NCBI GenBank assembly: GCA_963701375.1
Contig: CAVOZT010000003.1
Span: 508,086-572,085 of the forward strand
DNA: 64,000 nt
Direction: 5' to 3'
From: an uncultured Acidimicrobiales bacterium
Lineage (GTDB): Bacteria > Actinomycetota > Acidimicrobiia > Acidimicrobiales > CAVXTF01
A program made the translations under genes and the position numbers. Under the pieces are notes generated by a model, which saw only the letters and a program-made list of their open reading frames with translations, did no database searches and had not been told where the DNA came from. Of this stretch, positions 18,555 through 27,165 are shown in pieces (positions within the stretch are counted from its first letter, which is position 1; each line of letters opens with the position of its first letter).

Positions 18555-19139
18555 TTCGATTCCTCGCATCCAGCCCGACGGGGCAGTGTGACTTCAACTG
18601 TCTCGCCTCCAAGGGAGCGCGTGCCGTATCTTACGCTTGTAGACGGTGACACCTACGCGGATTGGGAAGCGGCGTATCTCGACAACGTTGACCGCCTCTA
18701 CCGGCTCATGTACTCGCGGGTGGGGAACCGGCCAGACGCCGAAGACCTGACGGCGGCGGTCTTCAAGGCGGCCCTCGGACCCTTGCGACTGAACTCGTCC
18801 AAGGGAGAAGTCCGGGCCTACTTGCTAGCCACCGCGCGCACCGTCCTCGCATCGCATTGGCGGCAAAGGATGGGCGAGCCTCTCACGTTCATCGACCCCG
18901 ACACAGACATCGCCGCCCTCGATGAAATCCCAGAGCCCGATGATGGCGAGGCGGCCCGTAAGACTGGTCGAATCCTCGCCGCACTCCCCGACCGCTACCG
19001 GCGCATCCTCGAGCTCCGATTCCTTGAGACTTGCTCGATCAAAGAGGCGGCCCGTGCAATGAACGTGAGCGTCAACAATGCCAAGGTGCTTCAGCACCGG
19101 GCTCTCAAGATGGCGGCGAGTTTGGAGTTAGAACTATGA
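18552..19139 (+). CDS. ECF-type RNA polymerase sigma factor
   Basis: Region 2 (VDRLYRLMYSRVGNRPDAEDL) and region 4 HTH (LPDRYRRILELRFLETCSIKEAARAMNVSVNNAKVLQHRA). The true start is probably GTG 18588 or 18621, because the promoter-like box overlaps ATG 18552. Confidence 0.85.
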   Translation: MFDSSHPARRGSVTSTVSPPRERVPYLTLVDGDTYADWEAAYLDNVDRLYRLMYSRVGNRPDAEDLTAAVFKAALGPLRLNSSKGEVRAYLLATARTVLASHWRQRMGEPLTFIDPDTDIAALDEIPEPDDGEAARKTGRILAALPDRYRRILELRFLETCSIKEAARAMNVSVNNAKVLQHRALKMAASLELEL

Positions 19140-19789
19140 AGCACCGCCGAGTTTCCTCGTTCATCGACGACATGCTCGCTAATAGGCGTCCCCGTCGCTT
19201 CAGGGCCAGCGTTGCCGATGCTGAGATCCTTCGAACGGCCATTGCAATGCAAGCGGCCCGACCACGAAAAGAGGTGCCAGAGCCGCAATTCGTTGAGAGC
19301 CTGCGAAAAGATCTCGCTGTCCGAGTCGCTGCGGCAAGCACTCCACCTGTACGACCGGTGGTCTCGAGACGCTCTCGACTGCTGGTTGGGGCAGCCGCTG
19401 CGGTAACGGTGATCGGAGGAACCGTTGCCGCCACGACCGGCGTCGAACATGCGTTGGTGGCGACCCCCGCCCCCAAAAGTACCTACAGCCAGATCCTTCG
19501 AGTGGGTACCTTCGAGTCCACAAATGGACGAACGATCGGTGAGATCGTGGCGTATCGCGGGGATCCTTCGTGGGTATTCATGAGCATCCGGACTCCGGGA
19601 CTGAAAGGCACCCTCCGTTGCCAGATCCAGTTGGACAACGGTCATGCTGGGCCGAGCGGTACTTTCTTGCTCCAAAAAGGTGAAGGCGATTGGGCTCGCC
19701 CCATCCCCGTGGATATCAGCCGAATCCGCGGAGCGACCTTGGTAACTTCGACGGGTTCCATGCTGGCAACCGCCAGCTTCAACACCTGA
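19136..19789 (+). CDS. putative anti-sigma factor (single-pass membrane protein)
   Basis: ATGA overlap with the sigma gene; one TM (LLVGAAAAVTVIGGTVAATTG) separates a short cytoplasmic N-terminus from an about 110-aa outer domain. Confidence 0.6.
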   Translation: MKHRRVSSFIDDMLANRRPRRFRASVADAEILRTAIAMQAARPRKEVPEPQFVESLRKDLAVRVAAASTPPVRPVVSRRSRLLVGAAAAVTVIGGTVAATTGVEHALVATPAPKSTYSQILRVGTFESTNGRTIGEIVAYRGDPSWVFMSIRTPGLKGTLRCQIQLDNGHAGPSGTFLLQKGEGDWARPIPVDISRIRGATLVTSTGSMLATASFNT

Positions 19790-19809
19790 CCAGGCTTCAC
19801 GGTCGCGGG

Positions 19810-19840
19810 TGTAACCCGTTGTATATAGATAGCGAGCTTC
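19810..19840 (+). promoter_or_regulatory. ECF-type promoter candidate P2 upstream of the DUF929 gene
   Basis: TGTAACCC at 19810-19817; 16-nt spacer after GTAACC, then CGAG. Confidence 0.45.
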
Positions 19841-19953
19841 AAACGAGATGAATGAGAAGTTGCCACCTGGCCGGCGGCGACGAAAGGTGGCGTGTGCCGA
19901 ACAATCGAAATGGACGTGAAGGGAGACAATCCAGCCAGCGAGCGACTCCAAGA

Positions 19954-20814
19954 ATGAAAACGTCGCCCCACCCGCACTCTTCTGGGCGGCCAAAAAACAG
20001 TCGCCGCGCCCACAGCTGGCGCTGGCCGGTCGCACCCTTGGTATCGATCGGTCTCGTCTTGGTTGTCGTCGCCGGATTAGTTATCGCCGCCGCGTTCACT
20101 TCCGGGAACAGTTCGGCCACGGGTAGCGAAACCGAGGCTCCGGCAGCGGTGGTTACCTACGTGACCACGGTGCCGCCAAGCGTGTTGTCCCGGGTCGGAG
20201 CAGGTTCGGCAATCACTTCGCTGAAACCAGTGAGGACCGGCTCCCCCCTGAACATCAACGGCAAGCCGGGGATCGTGTTCGTCAGCGAAGAGTCCTGTCC
20301 GTTCTGTGCTGCGGAGCGATGGTCAGTCGTGATCGCCCTTTCGCATTTCGGCACGTGGAGTCACCTAGGCGCCACGACCTCGTCGGCGAACGACGTCTAC
20401 CCGAACACTGCGACGTTCTCATTTCGCAATGCCACGTACACCAGCCGCTATGTTGCTCTCAAGACGACAGAGCTGACCGACAACGCTGGCCACCGGCTAC
20501 AGGCCCTGACTCCACTCGATTCAGAGCTCCTCGACCAATTTGACGTTCCGCCATACGTAAACAGCGCCGACCAGTCCGGGGCTGTTCCGTTCTTGGATAT
20601 CGAGAATCACTACGTCTTGGCGGGGGCTCAATATGACCCCCAGGTTCTTTCAGGCCTGAACATGCGCCAGATTGCCGCTCAGCTTGACGATCCCGCGAGT
20701 CCGGTGGCAATCGCGATCGTTGGGTCGGCCAACGTGCTGATCGCGGCCATTGACCACCTGCTGCAGACGACAGGCGTCAATGCAGGCGGGGAGCACAGCC
20801 TCTTAGCGCCATGA
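19954..20814 (+). CDS. DUF929 domain membrane-anchored protein (thioredoxin-like CPFC motif)
   Basis: N-terminal TM, then FVSEESCPFCAAERWSVV, as I recall for DUF929; start uncertain (19852 or 19954). Confidence 0.7.
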   Translation: MKTSPHPHSSGRPKNSRRAHSWRWPVAPLVSIGLVLVVVAGLVIAAAFTSGNSSATGSETEAPAAVVTYVTTVPPSVLSRVGAGSAITSLKPVRTGSPLNINGKPGIVFVSEESCPFCAAERWSVVIALSHFGTWSHLGATTSSANDVYPNTATFSFRNATYTSRYVALKTTELTDNAGHRLQALTPLDSELLDQFDVPPYVNSADQSGAVPFLDIENHYVLAGAQYDPQVLSGLNMRQIAAQLDDPASPVAIAIVGSANVLIAAIDHLLQTTGVNAGGEHSLLAP

Positions 20815-20851
20815 CGCTGGCAGGCTCTGGCCGGGCTCTGACACCATCGGG

Positions 20852-20882
20852 TGTAACCCACGTGCCTATTTCATCGACATGC
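20852..20882 (+). promoter_or_regulatory. ECF-type promoter candidate P3 with no clear downstream gene
   Basis: TGTAACCC at 20852-20859; 16-nt spacer, then CGAC. Confidence 0.4.
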
Positions 20883-21271
20883 GACAAGATGCAATGCAAG
20901 GCAGCGGCCAAGCGCAGTGGGAGAGCCACGAAGGGGCATACGCACAGTTCAGGCCCCGGAGCGACCGCGACGAGCGGGCAATCAGATTCTTCTGTCATCT
21001 CCTGATCGTCGGCGTCGGGCTCGAGCGCCAGGTCAAGGCCCTGGCAAGAGCTCGATGGAGGCCTCTCAGCCGAGATTAGAGACTGCGCCGAGGCGCGCGT
21101 TGCGGTAGGTCTCGCTAGCTGGGCACGCTTGTAAGCACGAAACGAGTGACGCTGCTCGCCGACTGTCGCCTTGCTCTTGCATGCCCGGAGAGAGGAGATC
21201 GCAGAAGGCATGGAAGAGCAATTCAGGCCGGAGGGACATCGGTCGGGCAACAGTGGCGAGCAGCAATCATC

Positions 21272-21304
21272 TCGTCTCGTAGAACAGATACGTGGGGGGT
21301 TACA
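21272..21304 (-). promoter_or_regulatory. ECF-type promoter candidate P5 on the minus strand
   Basis: GGGTTACA at 21297-21304 (= TGTAACCC on the minus strand). The spacer is 18 nt because of a C6 run, then CGAG. Shares ACGT..T.T with P3 and P6. Confidence 0.35.
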
Positions 21305-21394
21305 AACCGCTACTTCCTCCCCTTATGCGTCCACCGTGAATCGGCCGATGTGAACGTACTGACTCCCTCGCCACGCTCGGCGAACAGCGAGACC

Positions 21395-21425
21395 TGTAAC
21401 CCTCGCCGTATCCAGTAGTGACGAA
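21395..21425 (+). promoter_or_regulatory. ECF-type promoter candidate P4 upstream of the PF03640 repeat protein gene
   Basis: TGTAACCC at 21395-21402; 16-nt spacer, then GTGA; AGGAGG and ATG 21444 follow directly. Confidence 0.45.
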
Positions 21426-21443
21426 GGCCAACAGGAGGAAGTC

Positions 21444-22361
21444 ATGCGACACCGCAAAATCATGATCGCAGCAATCGCAATCGTTTCAGCAGCCGGAGTT
21501 TCCGGGATCGCCGCGGCAACAACTTCTGGCACGTCTCCGACGGCGGCTGCGAGCTCGAACGCAAACGTCACTCAGGCGACCATCCACACGCTGAGTGCGA
21601 CGGTCCGCGGCAAGACCGAGACGATCTTGGTGAACTCCGAAGGACTGCCCTTGTACTACTACAAGCCGGACACGGCGACGAAGTCGTTTGTAAGTGGGGA
21701 ATTGGCGTCCTTGTGGCCGCCGCTCGTTTCGTCGAGTCCGACCATCTCGGGAGCCACCGGCAGGGTCTCGGTTACCCGCGACTCCAATGGTTCCCAGGTT
21801 GCCTACAACGGCCATTTCCTCTACACGTTTGTCGACGACAGCGGCGGTCACGTATCGGGCCAAGGAATACAGAACTTCTTCGTGGCAACTCCCGCACTGG
21901 CAGCTTTGGCTACCTCGTCCACAGGTACCGCGACGTCGGCGTCGACTCCGGCGACCATTCGTACGCAGACCACGATTCTCGGCGGCCGGACGGAAACCGT
22001 CTTGGTCAACGCCGAAGGACTGCCCTTGTACTACTACAAGCTCGACACGCCGACGATGTCGTTCGTGAGTGGAACGCTCGCATCTTTCTGGCCTCCTCTT
22101 GTCTCGTCTAACCCGACGATCACTGGAGCGTCCGGCAAGCTCTCTGTGACCCACGATTCCAACGGCGCCCAAGTTGCCTACAACGGCCACTTCCTTTACA
22201 CGTTCGCCAACGACAGAGCAGGTCACGCATCGGGTCAAGGCGTCGCGGACTTTTCCGTGGCAACGCCGGGACTCCCTGCTAGGGGTGCCTCTTCATTGCC
22301 ACCTAATCCTGCTGCTACCGCCCCGCCTACTTCGGGCTCTGGAATGGGCTGGGGATACTGA
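21444..22361 (+). CDS. secreted protein with two PF03640-type repeats (Yx(F/Y)xxD lipoprotein family)
   Basis: Signal peptide. Two about 106-aa repeats with a 125-aa period (aa 45-150 and 170-275), each with EGLPLYYYK.DT..SFVSG.LAS.WPPLVSS and QVAYNGHFLYTF. AGGAGG SD. Confidence 0.75.
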   Translation: MRHRKIMIAAIAIVSAAGVSGIAAATTSGTSPTAAASSNANVTQATIHTLSATVRGKTETILVNSEGLPLYYYKPDTATKSFVSGELASLWPPLVSSSPTISGATGRVSVTRDSNGSQVAYNGHFLYTFVDDSGGHVSGQGIQNFFVATPALAALATSSTGTATSASTPATIRTQTTILGGRTETVLVNAEGLPLYYYKLDTPTMSFVSGTLASFWPPLVSSNPTITGASGKLSVTHDSNGAQVAYNGHFLYTFANDRAGHASGQGVADFSVATPGLPARGASSLPPNPAATAPPTSGSGMGWGY

Positions 22362-22537
22362 TGTTCTGGCAGAAATCAAGGTAGGGAGTAGGGATGTTCG
22401 TTTTCGTGGATCTGCTCGCACTATTCGGAGTGGTTCGCTTGGGAAGGTTGATTTGGAAACGACGGCACAAGGTCGACCAGTGAGTACCGGAGATTCCACA
22501 GCAAATCGCTTGACCGGAACTCCTTCGAATCGTTCCA

Positions 22538-23479
22538 TCAGACAATCGCGGGATCAACGCCAGATGCGATTCGTCCATGATGAGCCCAGGTCGCGAGTTG
22601 TGGTGACACGATCACTTCGACGGTCTTGTCGTATTCGGCGAGATCGTCGTCATTCACCCGGGAGCGCCATTCACCAAAACCGCCCGCTCGGAAGAAGGCC
22701 CGGTCGTCCTTCCAAATAGCACCGGCGTTGGGAAGGACGTCCTCGGCACGGTTACGCATCCTCTCGATGGTCGCTTCGGCGGCAAGCGCCTGAGCGCGGT
22801 CTGTGGTCATGTTGATGTCGAGAGCGGCAGCGAGACGAGTGATCTCGCCGGGGAGGTCCGAGGTGAAGTCGGCGTAGTGACACATGACGACATTCGGCGC
22901 GTGGCGACGTTGCCAGGCCGTGTCGAGATGGTGCAACACGCTGGTCAAGCAAACCGCTCCCGTGTCTTTGGACGCTCGCATGAAAAAGCGAAACCGTTCG
23001 CTGGCATCGTCGCTGATCTCCGGTCGCGGAGGGAGCGTGTGGAGGTCGCCGTTGCCTACCGCCTGGTCTCGCAGAGCAAGAACTCTCTCGAGATCCATGT
23101 TCGAGAGGTGATGCTCCATCGAGATCAGCACGTCACGCGGATCTCGGCCCACCACTACATAAGTCACATCTTCACGCACGGAGAGACCATCGAGGGGAGT
23201 GTGAGTCTTGATGAAACGACGATGGCGCTGTGCTTCATAGATGGCGCGCACTTCGTCGAGGGGCCGGATGGTCTGATCCATCCATGGGGTCAGCTCGCTC
23301 AATGGCGCCGGGAAGATCGGGCCATCGAAGATCAACATCGCACACAGCATCTGCGTCCACGTAGTGCCGCACTTCGGCGGGGTGCTTATCACGATGTCGG
23401 AAGGCCGGAAAGCGAATCCGTCCCATCGGGCGTTGTCCATGATCAGCGACCGATAGTGAACCGTCACAGCCCTTGCCAT
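22538..23479 (-). CDS. sulfotransferase family protein
   Basis: PAPS 5'-phosphosulfate loop STPPKCGTTW and 3'-phosphate motif VVGRDPRDVLIS. Confidence 0.8.
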   Translation of the reverse strand: MARAVTVHYRSLIMDNARWDGFAFRPSDIVISTPPKCGTTWTQMLCAMLIFDGPIFPAPLSELTPWMDQTIRPLDEVRAIYEAQRHRRFIKTHTPLDGLSVREDVTYVVVGRDPRDVLISMEHHLSNMDLERVLALRDQAVGNGDLHTLPPRPEISDDASERFRFFMRASKDTGAVCLTSVLHHLDTAWQRRHAPNVVMCHYADFTSDLPGEITRLAAALDINMTTDRAQALAAEATIERMRNRAEDVLPNAGAIWKDDRAFFRAGGFGEWRSRVNDDDLAEYDKTVEVIVSPQLATWAHHGRIASGVDPAIV

Positions 23480-24783
23480 CTGACTGAATAGACCCGACGC
23501 TGCTCGGAGAGACCCTTTAGATAGATGTCCCGGCCGTCTCCGAACTCAAACTCGCCGCTCAAGTCGCATAACTCCTTGAGAACCGACGAGACCAGGATCT
23601 CGCCACCGTTGGCTGCTTGAGTAATGCGGGCAGCGAGCATAACCGCACCACCTAGGTAGTCGTTACCGTCACGGATCGCTTCGCCGGCATGGAGACCTAG
23701 ACGAACCTGGAGAGTGATCTCTGGGTTGGATCGGTTACGAGCCGCGAGATCAGTCTGGATACCGACTGCACACTCCAGTGCGCGACTGGCGCCGCTAAAT
23801 GCGACCATAAAGCCATCACCCTGGGATTTCACCTCGTGGCCTCCAGAACTGGCGATTCGCTGACGGATTATGCCGTTGTGTTCTCGGAGTATTTCCATGG
23901 CCCTGCGGTCTCCGATGCGCTCGGTAGTCGACGTGAAGCCTTCGATGTCGCTGAACATGATCGTGACTGTTCCCTCAGGCAGGCCTCCCGGCTTGAGATT
24001 GTCATCCACCATTGCTGGTGCCTCGGCAGCGAGGTCGATCAGCCCAGGGTGCCGTGACGCTTTGGACAAGCTGGACCCAAACCCAATAGGAGGTTCGAGA
24101 TTCCGAAGAGGTTCGTGAGCCGCGTCACCAAGCTGCTCGACATGTGCCGGCTTGCTGCGCACACTCACTCCGCCCCAGAACGCGAAAACCTTGACCCGGA
24201 CAATCGGGGATCCCGGAATCGAACGGACTCTCTTTAGTTGGCGCGCATCTTTGCCACCCATGATGGCGATGCCCCCGAGTTCCACTTCGATACCTTCTGG
24301 GACGATGATCTCGATACCGCCCATCACGGCGATGGCGTTGACTACTACCTCTGGACCCTCGACTTCAGAGTTTCGTAAGTCGAGAACGCAACCCCCCATG
24401 ATCGCGACGGCGTTGGTCTTCTCTCGCAGTCGCCACCGTCCTCTGCGTTGTGAGCCGCCCATGATCGAGATCGTCCAGCGCGTTGCCTTACGCGTGTTGG
24501 AGTCAAACACCAGAGTCTGCGGAGCCGAATTGACGATGTCCTCACTCAGCAGACCGGACAGGTCAGGGCCGAAGGGATGAGGAAGATCGCCGAGCAATAA
24601 GGGAAGGTCCCCGAGCGAAACGGCTTGATACGCGGCCTGGACCCGCTCGGAGAATTCGTCGAGTGTCAGCCGGCCGTGACTACAGGACGTCTTTAGGACT
24701 TCCACCACTCGTTCTCGCTCTTCGTCAGAAAGACGTCGCTCGAACGAACTACCGCCAAGTGGGGTTACGGACACAGACGACAT
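23464..24783 (-). CDS. DUF1707 / LiaF-C-like / class III adenylate-guanylate cyclase fusion
   Basis: LSDEERERVVEVLKTSCSHGRLTLDEFSERV (DUF1707); repeated IMGG strands (SIMGGSQRRG..AIMGGCVLDL..AVMGGIEIIV..AIMGGKD); cyclase core TIMFSDIEGFT..KSQGDGFMVAF..GLHAGEA. Start chosen at MSSVSV. Confidence 0.8.
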   Translation of the reverse strand: MSSVSVTPLGGSSFERRLSDEERERVVEVLKTSCSHGRLTLDEFSERVQAAYQAVSLGDLPLLLGDLPHPFGPDLSGLLSEDIVNSAPQTLVFDSNTRKATRWTISIMGGSQRRGRWRLREKTNAVAIMGGCVLDLRNSEVEGPEVVVNAIAVMGGIEIIVPEGIEVELGGIAIMGGKDARQLKRVRSIPGSPIVRVKVFAFWGGVSVRSKPAHVEQLGDAAHEPLRNLEPPIGFGSSLSKASRHPGLIDLAAEAPAMVDDNLKPGGLPEGTVTIMFSDIEGFTSTTERIGDRRAMEILREHNGIIRQRIASSGGHEVKSQGDGFMVAFSGASRALECAVGIQTDLAARNRSNPEITLQVRLGLHAGEAIRDGNDYLGGAVMLAARITQAANGGEILVSSVLKELCDLSGEFEFGDGRDIYLKGLSEQRRVYSVRWQGL

Positions 24784-24914
24784 TGTTCCCGATGCGGGCA
24801 ATCCGTGCCCCTTGGTAGAGAACCTCGACCGGTATCGGTTGGCCGGGGGTACTCCCATGTCGTGGTCGCAAGCGGAGGTCGTGGACCTCGATCGCCGTCC
24901 GGGGTGAGCAAGAA

Positions 24915-25100
24915 GGCCGTCCCCAACCAACCCCCGTCGGCACCGGCGCTAAGAGCGGGCCGCAAGGGTGCCTCATTACCTTCGGCGACGAGGACATCGG
25001 CGCCTCCGACGATGGCCAGTTCCGCGTCCTCGAACAGCGGCTCGGCGAACGGTAGGAAGTGGGTGATGAAGCTGCGCTCCGGCCTGTGCGCCGTGTTCAA
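24915..25100 (-). pseudogene. possible remnant of a nitronate monooxygenase-type flavoenzyme
   Basis: GGADVLVAEGNEA and ALSAGADGGWLGTAFLLTPD resemble the GADxxxxQGxEAGGH and GADGVxxGTxFLxTxE boxes, but the roughly 50 aa normally between them are missing. Confidence 0.3.
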
Positions 25101-25160
25101 TATGTCGTCGCTGATTGGGAACGCATAACCGCTAGCGGACAGTGACAGGAGGTGTAACCG

Positions 25161-26412
25161 ATGCAGATGCGAATTGGCGATGGGCCGTTCGTGGTCGTAG
25201 GCGCTGGGCTCGCCGGAGGTAATGCCGCGGTGACGCTACGGGAGGAGGGGTTCAGGGGCCGAATCGTCCTCATCGGTCGAGAACCGGGTATCCCGTTTGG
25301 TCGGCCCCCGCTTTCCAAGACGTACCTGCGTTCTGAGGAGGACCTCGAAGGATGGTATGTCAGAGCAGAAGGCTGGTACGAGGAACACGAAGTGGAGCGC
25401 GTAGATTCGGCCGTTACCCAGGTAGATGTGGCTGATCACGCGGTCTTGCTCGACTCGGGCGAGCAACTCCAATACCAGAAGGTCCTGATAGCAACGGGTG
25501 GCCGCAACCGCCGGCTCGACGTTCCGGGGGCGGGACTGCCTGGGATCCACTATCTCCGCACGTTGGCCGAATGCGACGCGATCAAGCGCGAGGCCCGTCC
25601 AAATCGCGCGGCGGTCGTGGTCGGAATGGGGTTCATCGGCTCTGAGGTCACCGCCTCTCTCACCCAACTCGGCGTTCACGTGACCTCGATATTTCCGGAG
25701 CAAGCGCCTCTGCTAAGGGTGCTGGGGCCCGAGGTCGGCACGGCGTTCGGCGCTATCCACAAAGCAAACGGCGTCGACCTGCGCGGCGAAGATCAGATCG
25801 TCGGACTGGAGGGGACCGACCGGGTCGAAGCGGTCGTGACCGCAAACGGCCTCCGTGTGGCTTGCGATTTCGTGGTCGTCGGCGTCGGGATCGAGCCTGA
25901 GATACCGGCGTTCGAGGGGGCGACTGTGGCGCAGTCCAATGGCGTACTCGTCGACGAGTTGTGTAGAGCCAGCGCCCCCGACGTATACGCTGCGGGCGAT
26001 TTGGCCAACCAACTGCACCCGGTTTTCGGCCGCGTTCGCGTCGAGCACTACAACAACGGCGAAAACCAGGGCCGTGCCGCCGCGCGGTCAATGCTTGGCT
26101 CAACCGCTCCATACGACTACATCCACAGCTTCTGGTCCGATCAGTACGAACACAAGCTCGAGTACGTGGGCCACGCCACGAAATGGGATCAGTTCGTGGT
26201 ACGCGGGAGTTTGGAAGATCGAATGCTGTTGGGCTTCTACATGCTGGACGGCCAACTTAGGGCAGCGGTGGGCCTTGACCGTGGTGGTGACCCCGAGTTG
26301 GACACCGACTCCGAGATGGCGGCTTGCGCCGCGCCTCGTAGGAGTTCGTGCTCGACCGACACCTGATCAGCTCGCCGATGAACGAGTGGATCTGTGGTCG
26401 CTTGCGAGCTGA
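25161..26412 (+). pseudogene. ferredoxin/rubredoxin-type NAD(P)H reductase (FAD-dependent), C-terminal frameshift near 26320-26335
   Basis: VVVGAGLAGGNAA..GRPPLSKTYL..VVVGMGFIGSEV..YAAGD. The family-like C-terminus RLVGVRARPTPDQLADERVDL lies in another frame that ends at 26412. Confidence 0.7.
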
Positions 26413-26439
26413 GCCGGCTCGCCACCTCGGGTCCCGCCG

Positions 26440-27165
26440 CTATGCGTTCGAGAACAGAGTGATGTTCGCTCCGCTCGCGGGAACGAGAGGGGTATCGAGT
26501 AACGCGACGATTAATCCTGCGACCTCCACAGGTGTGAGCCCGGGCCGCAACTCGGCGTTGGCCTGCTGCAACATCTGAGTGTCGACAGCTCCAGGACTGA
26601 CGCAGATCGCACTGATGCGGTGTTCCTTGCCTTCGACCGCGATCGCCTCGGTAAGCCCGATGACTCCGTACTTCGAGACGTTATATGCAGCAAGGCCTGG
26701 GAACTTCTCGGTCGCGTACACGCCGGAGAGGGATGCGATGTTGACGATCCGTCCTTCGCCTGCGGTGCGCATCGCGGTGAACGCTTGCCGGCAGCAGAGG
26801 AATGAACCCGTCAGGTTGACCCGCAATGTGTGATCCCAGACCTGTGGGGTCGTTTCTGTGAACGGAGCCGGCGTGAGCACGCCGGCGGCGCAGACCAGAG
26901 CTGCCAGCGTTCCGACTCGATCAGCGGCAGCAAAGATGCGCTCGACATCCTCGAGCTTGCTGACATCCGCTGGCACAGCCGAGGTATGGCCACCGGACTC
27001 GCTGATGCGACTGGCCACGGCTTCGAGTGCCTCATGGTCGCGGGCAGCGAGGACGATGTGCGCGCCTGCGGCCGCCATCGCCTCCGCAGTGGCCGCCCCT
27101 ATGCCTCGGCTCGCTCCGGTGACGACGGCCACCCGTCCCGCAAGCCAATGCCTCGGCTCAGCCAC
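26440..27165 (-). CDS. SDR family oxidoreductase
   Basis: VTGASRGIGAA cofactor motif and YNVSKYG catalytic YxxxK. Confidence 0.85.
   Translation of the reverse strand: MAEPRHWLAGRVAVVTGASRGIGAATAEAMAAAGAHIVLAARDHEALEAVASRISESGGHTSAVPADVSKLEDVERIFAAADRVGTLAALVCAAGVLTPAPFTETTPQVWDHTLRVNLTGSFLCCRQAFTAMRTAGEGRIVNIASLSGVYATEKFPGLAAYNVSKYGVIGLTEAIAVEGKEHRISAICVSPGAVDTQMLQQANAELRPGLTPVEVAGLIVALLDTPLVPASGANITLFSNA

Noticed and set aside
20777-21250. 157-aa Cys-rich minus ORF as a real gene
   Set aside because: There is no domain signature, it overlaps the DUF929 3' end, and codon bias is mediocre. It is kept only as a possibility within the orphan-promoter finding, not as a feature.
24765-24790. 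CGTAACCCC near-match (minus strand) to the ECF box
   Set aside because: It lies inside the first codons of the cyclase gene (SVTPLGG) and lacks the leading T.
25150-25180. TGTAACCG near-match to the ECF box, followed by CGAT
   Set aside because: It matches only 7 of 8 positions, has an 18-nt spacer, and overlaps the SD/ATG of the ferredoxin-reductase gene. It is most likely coincidental.
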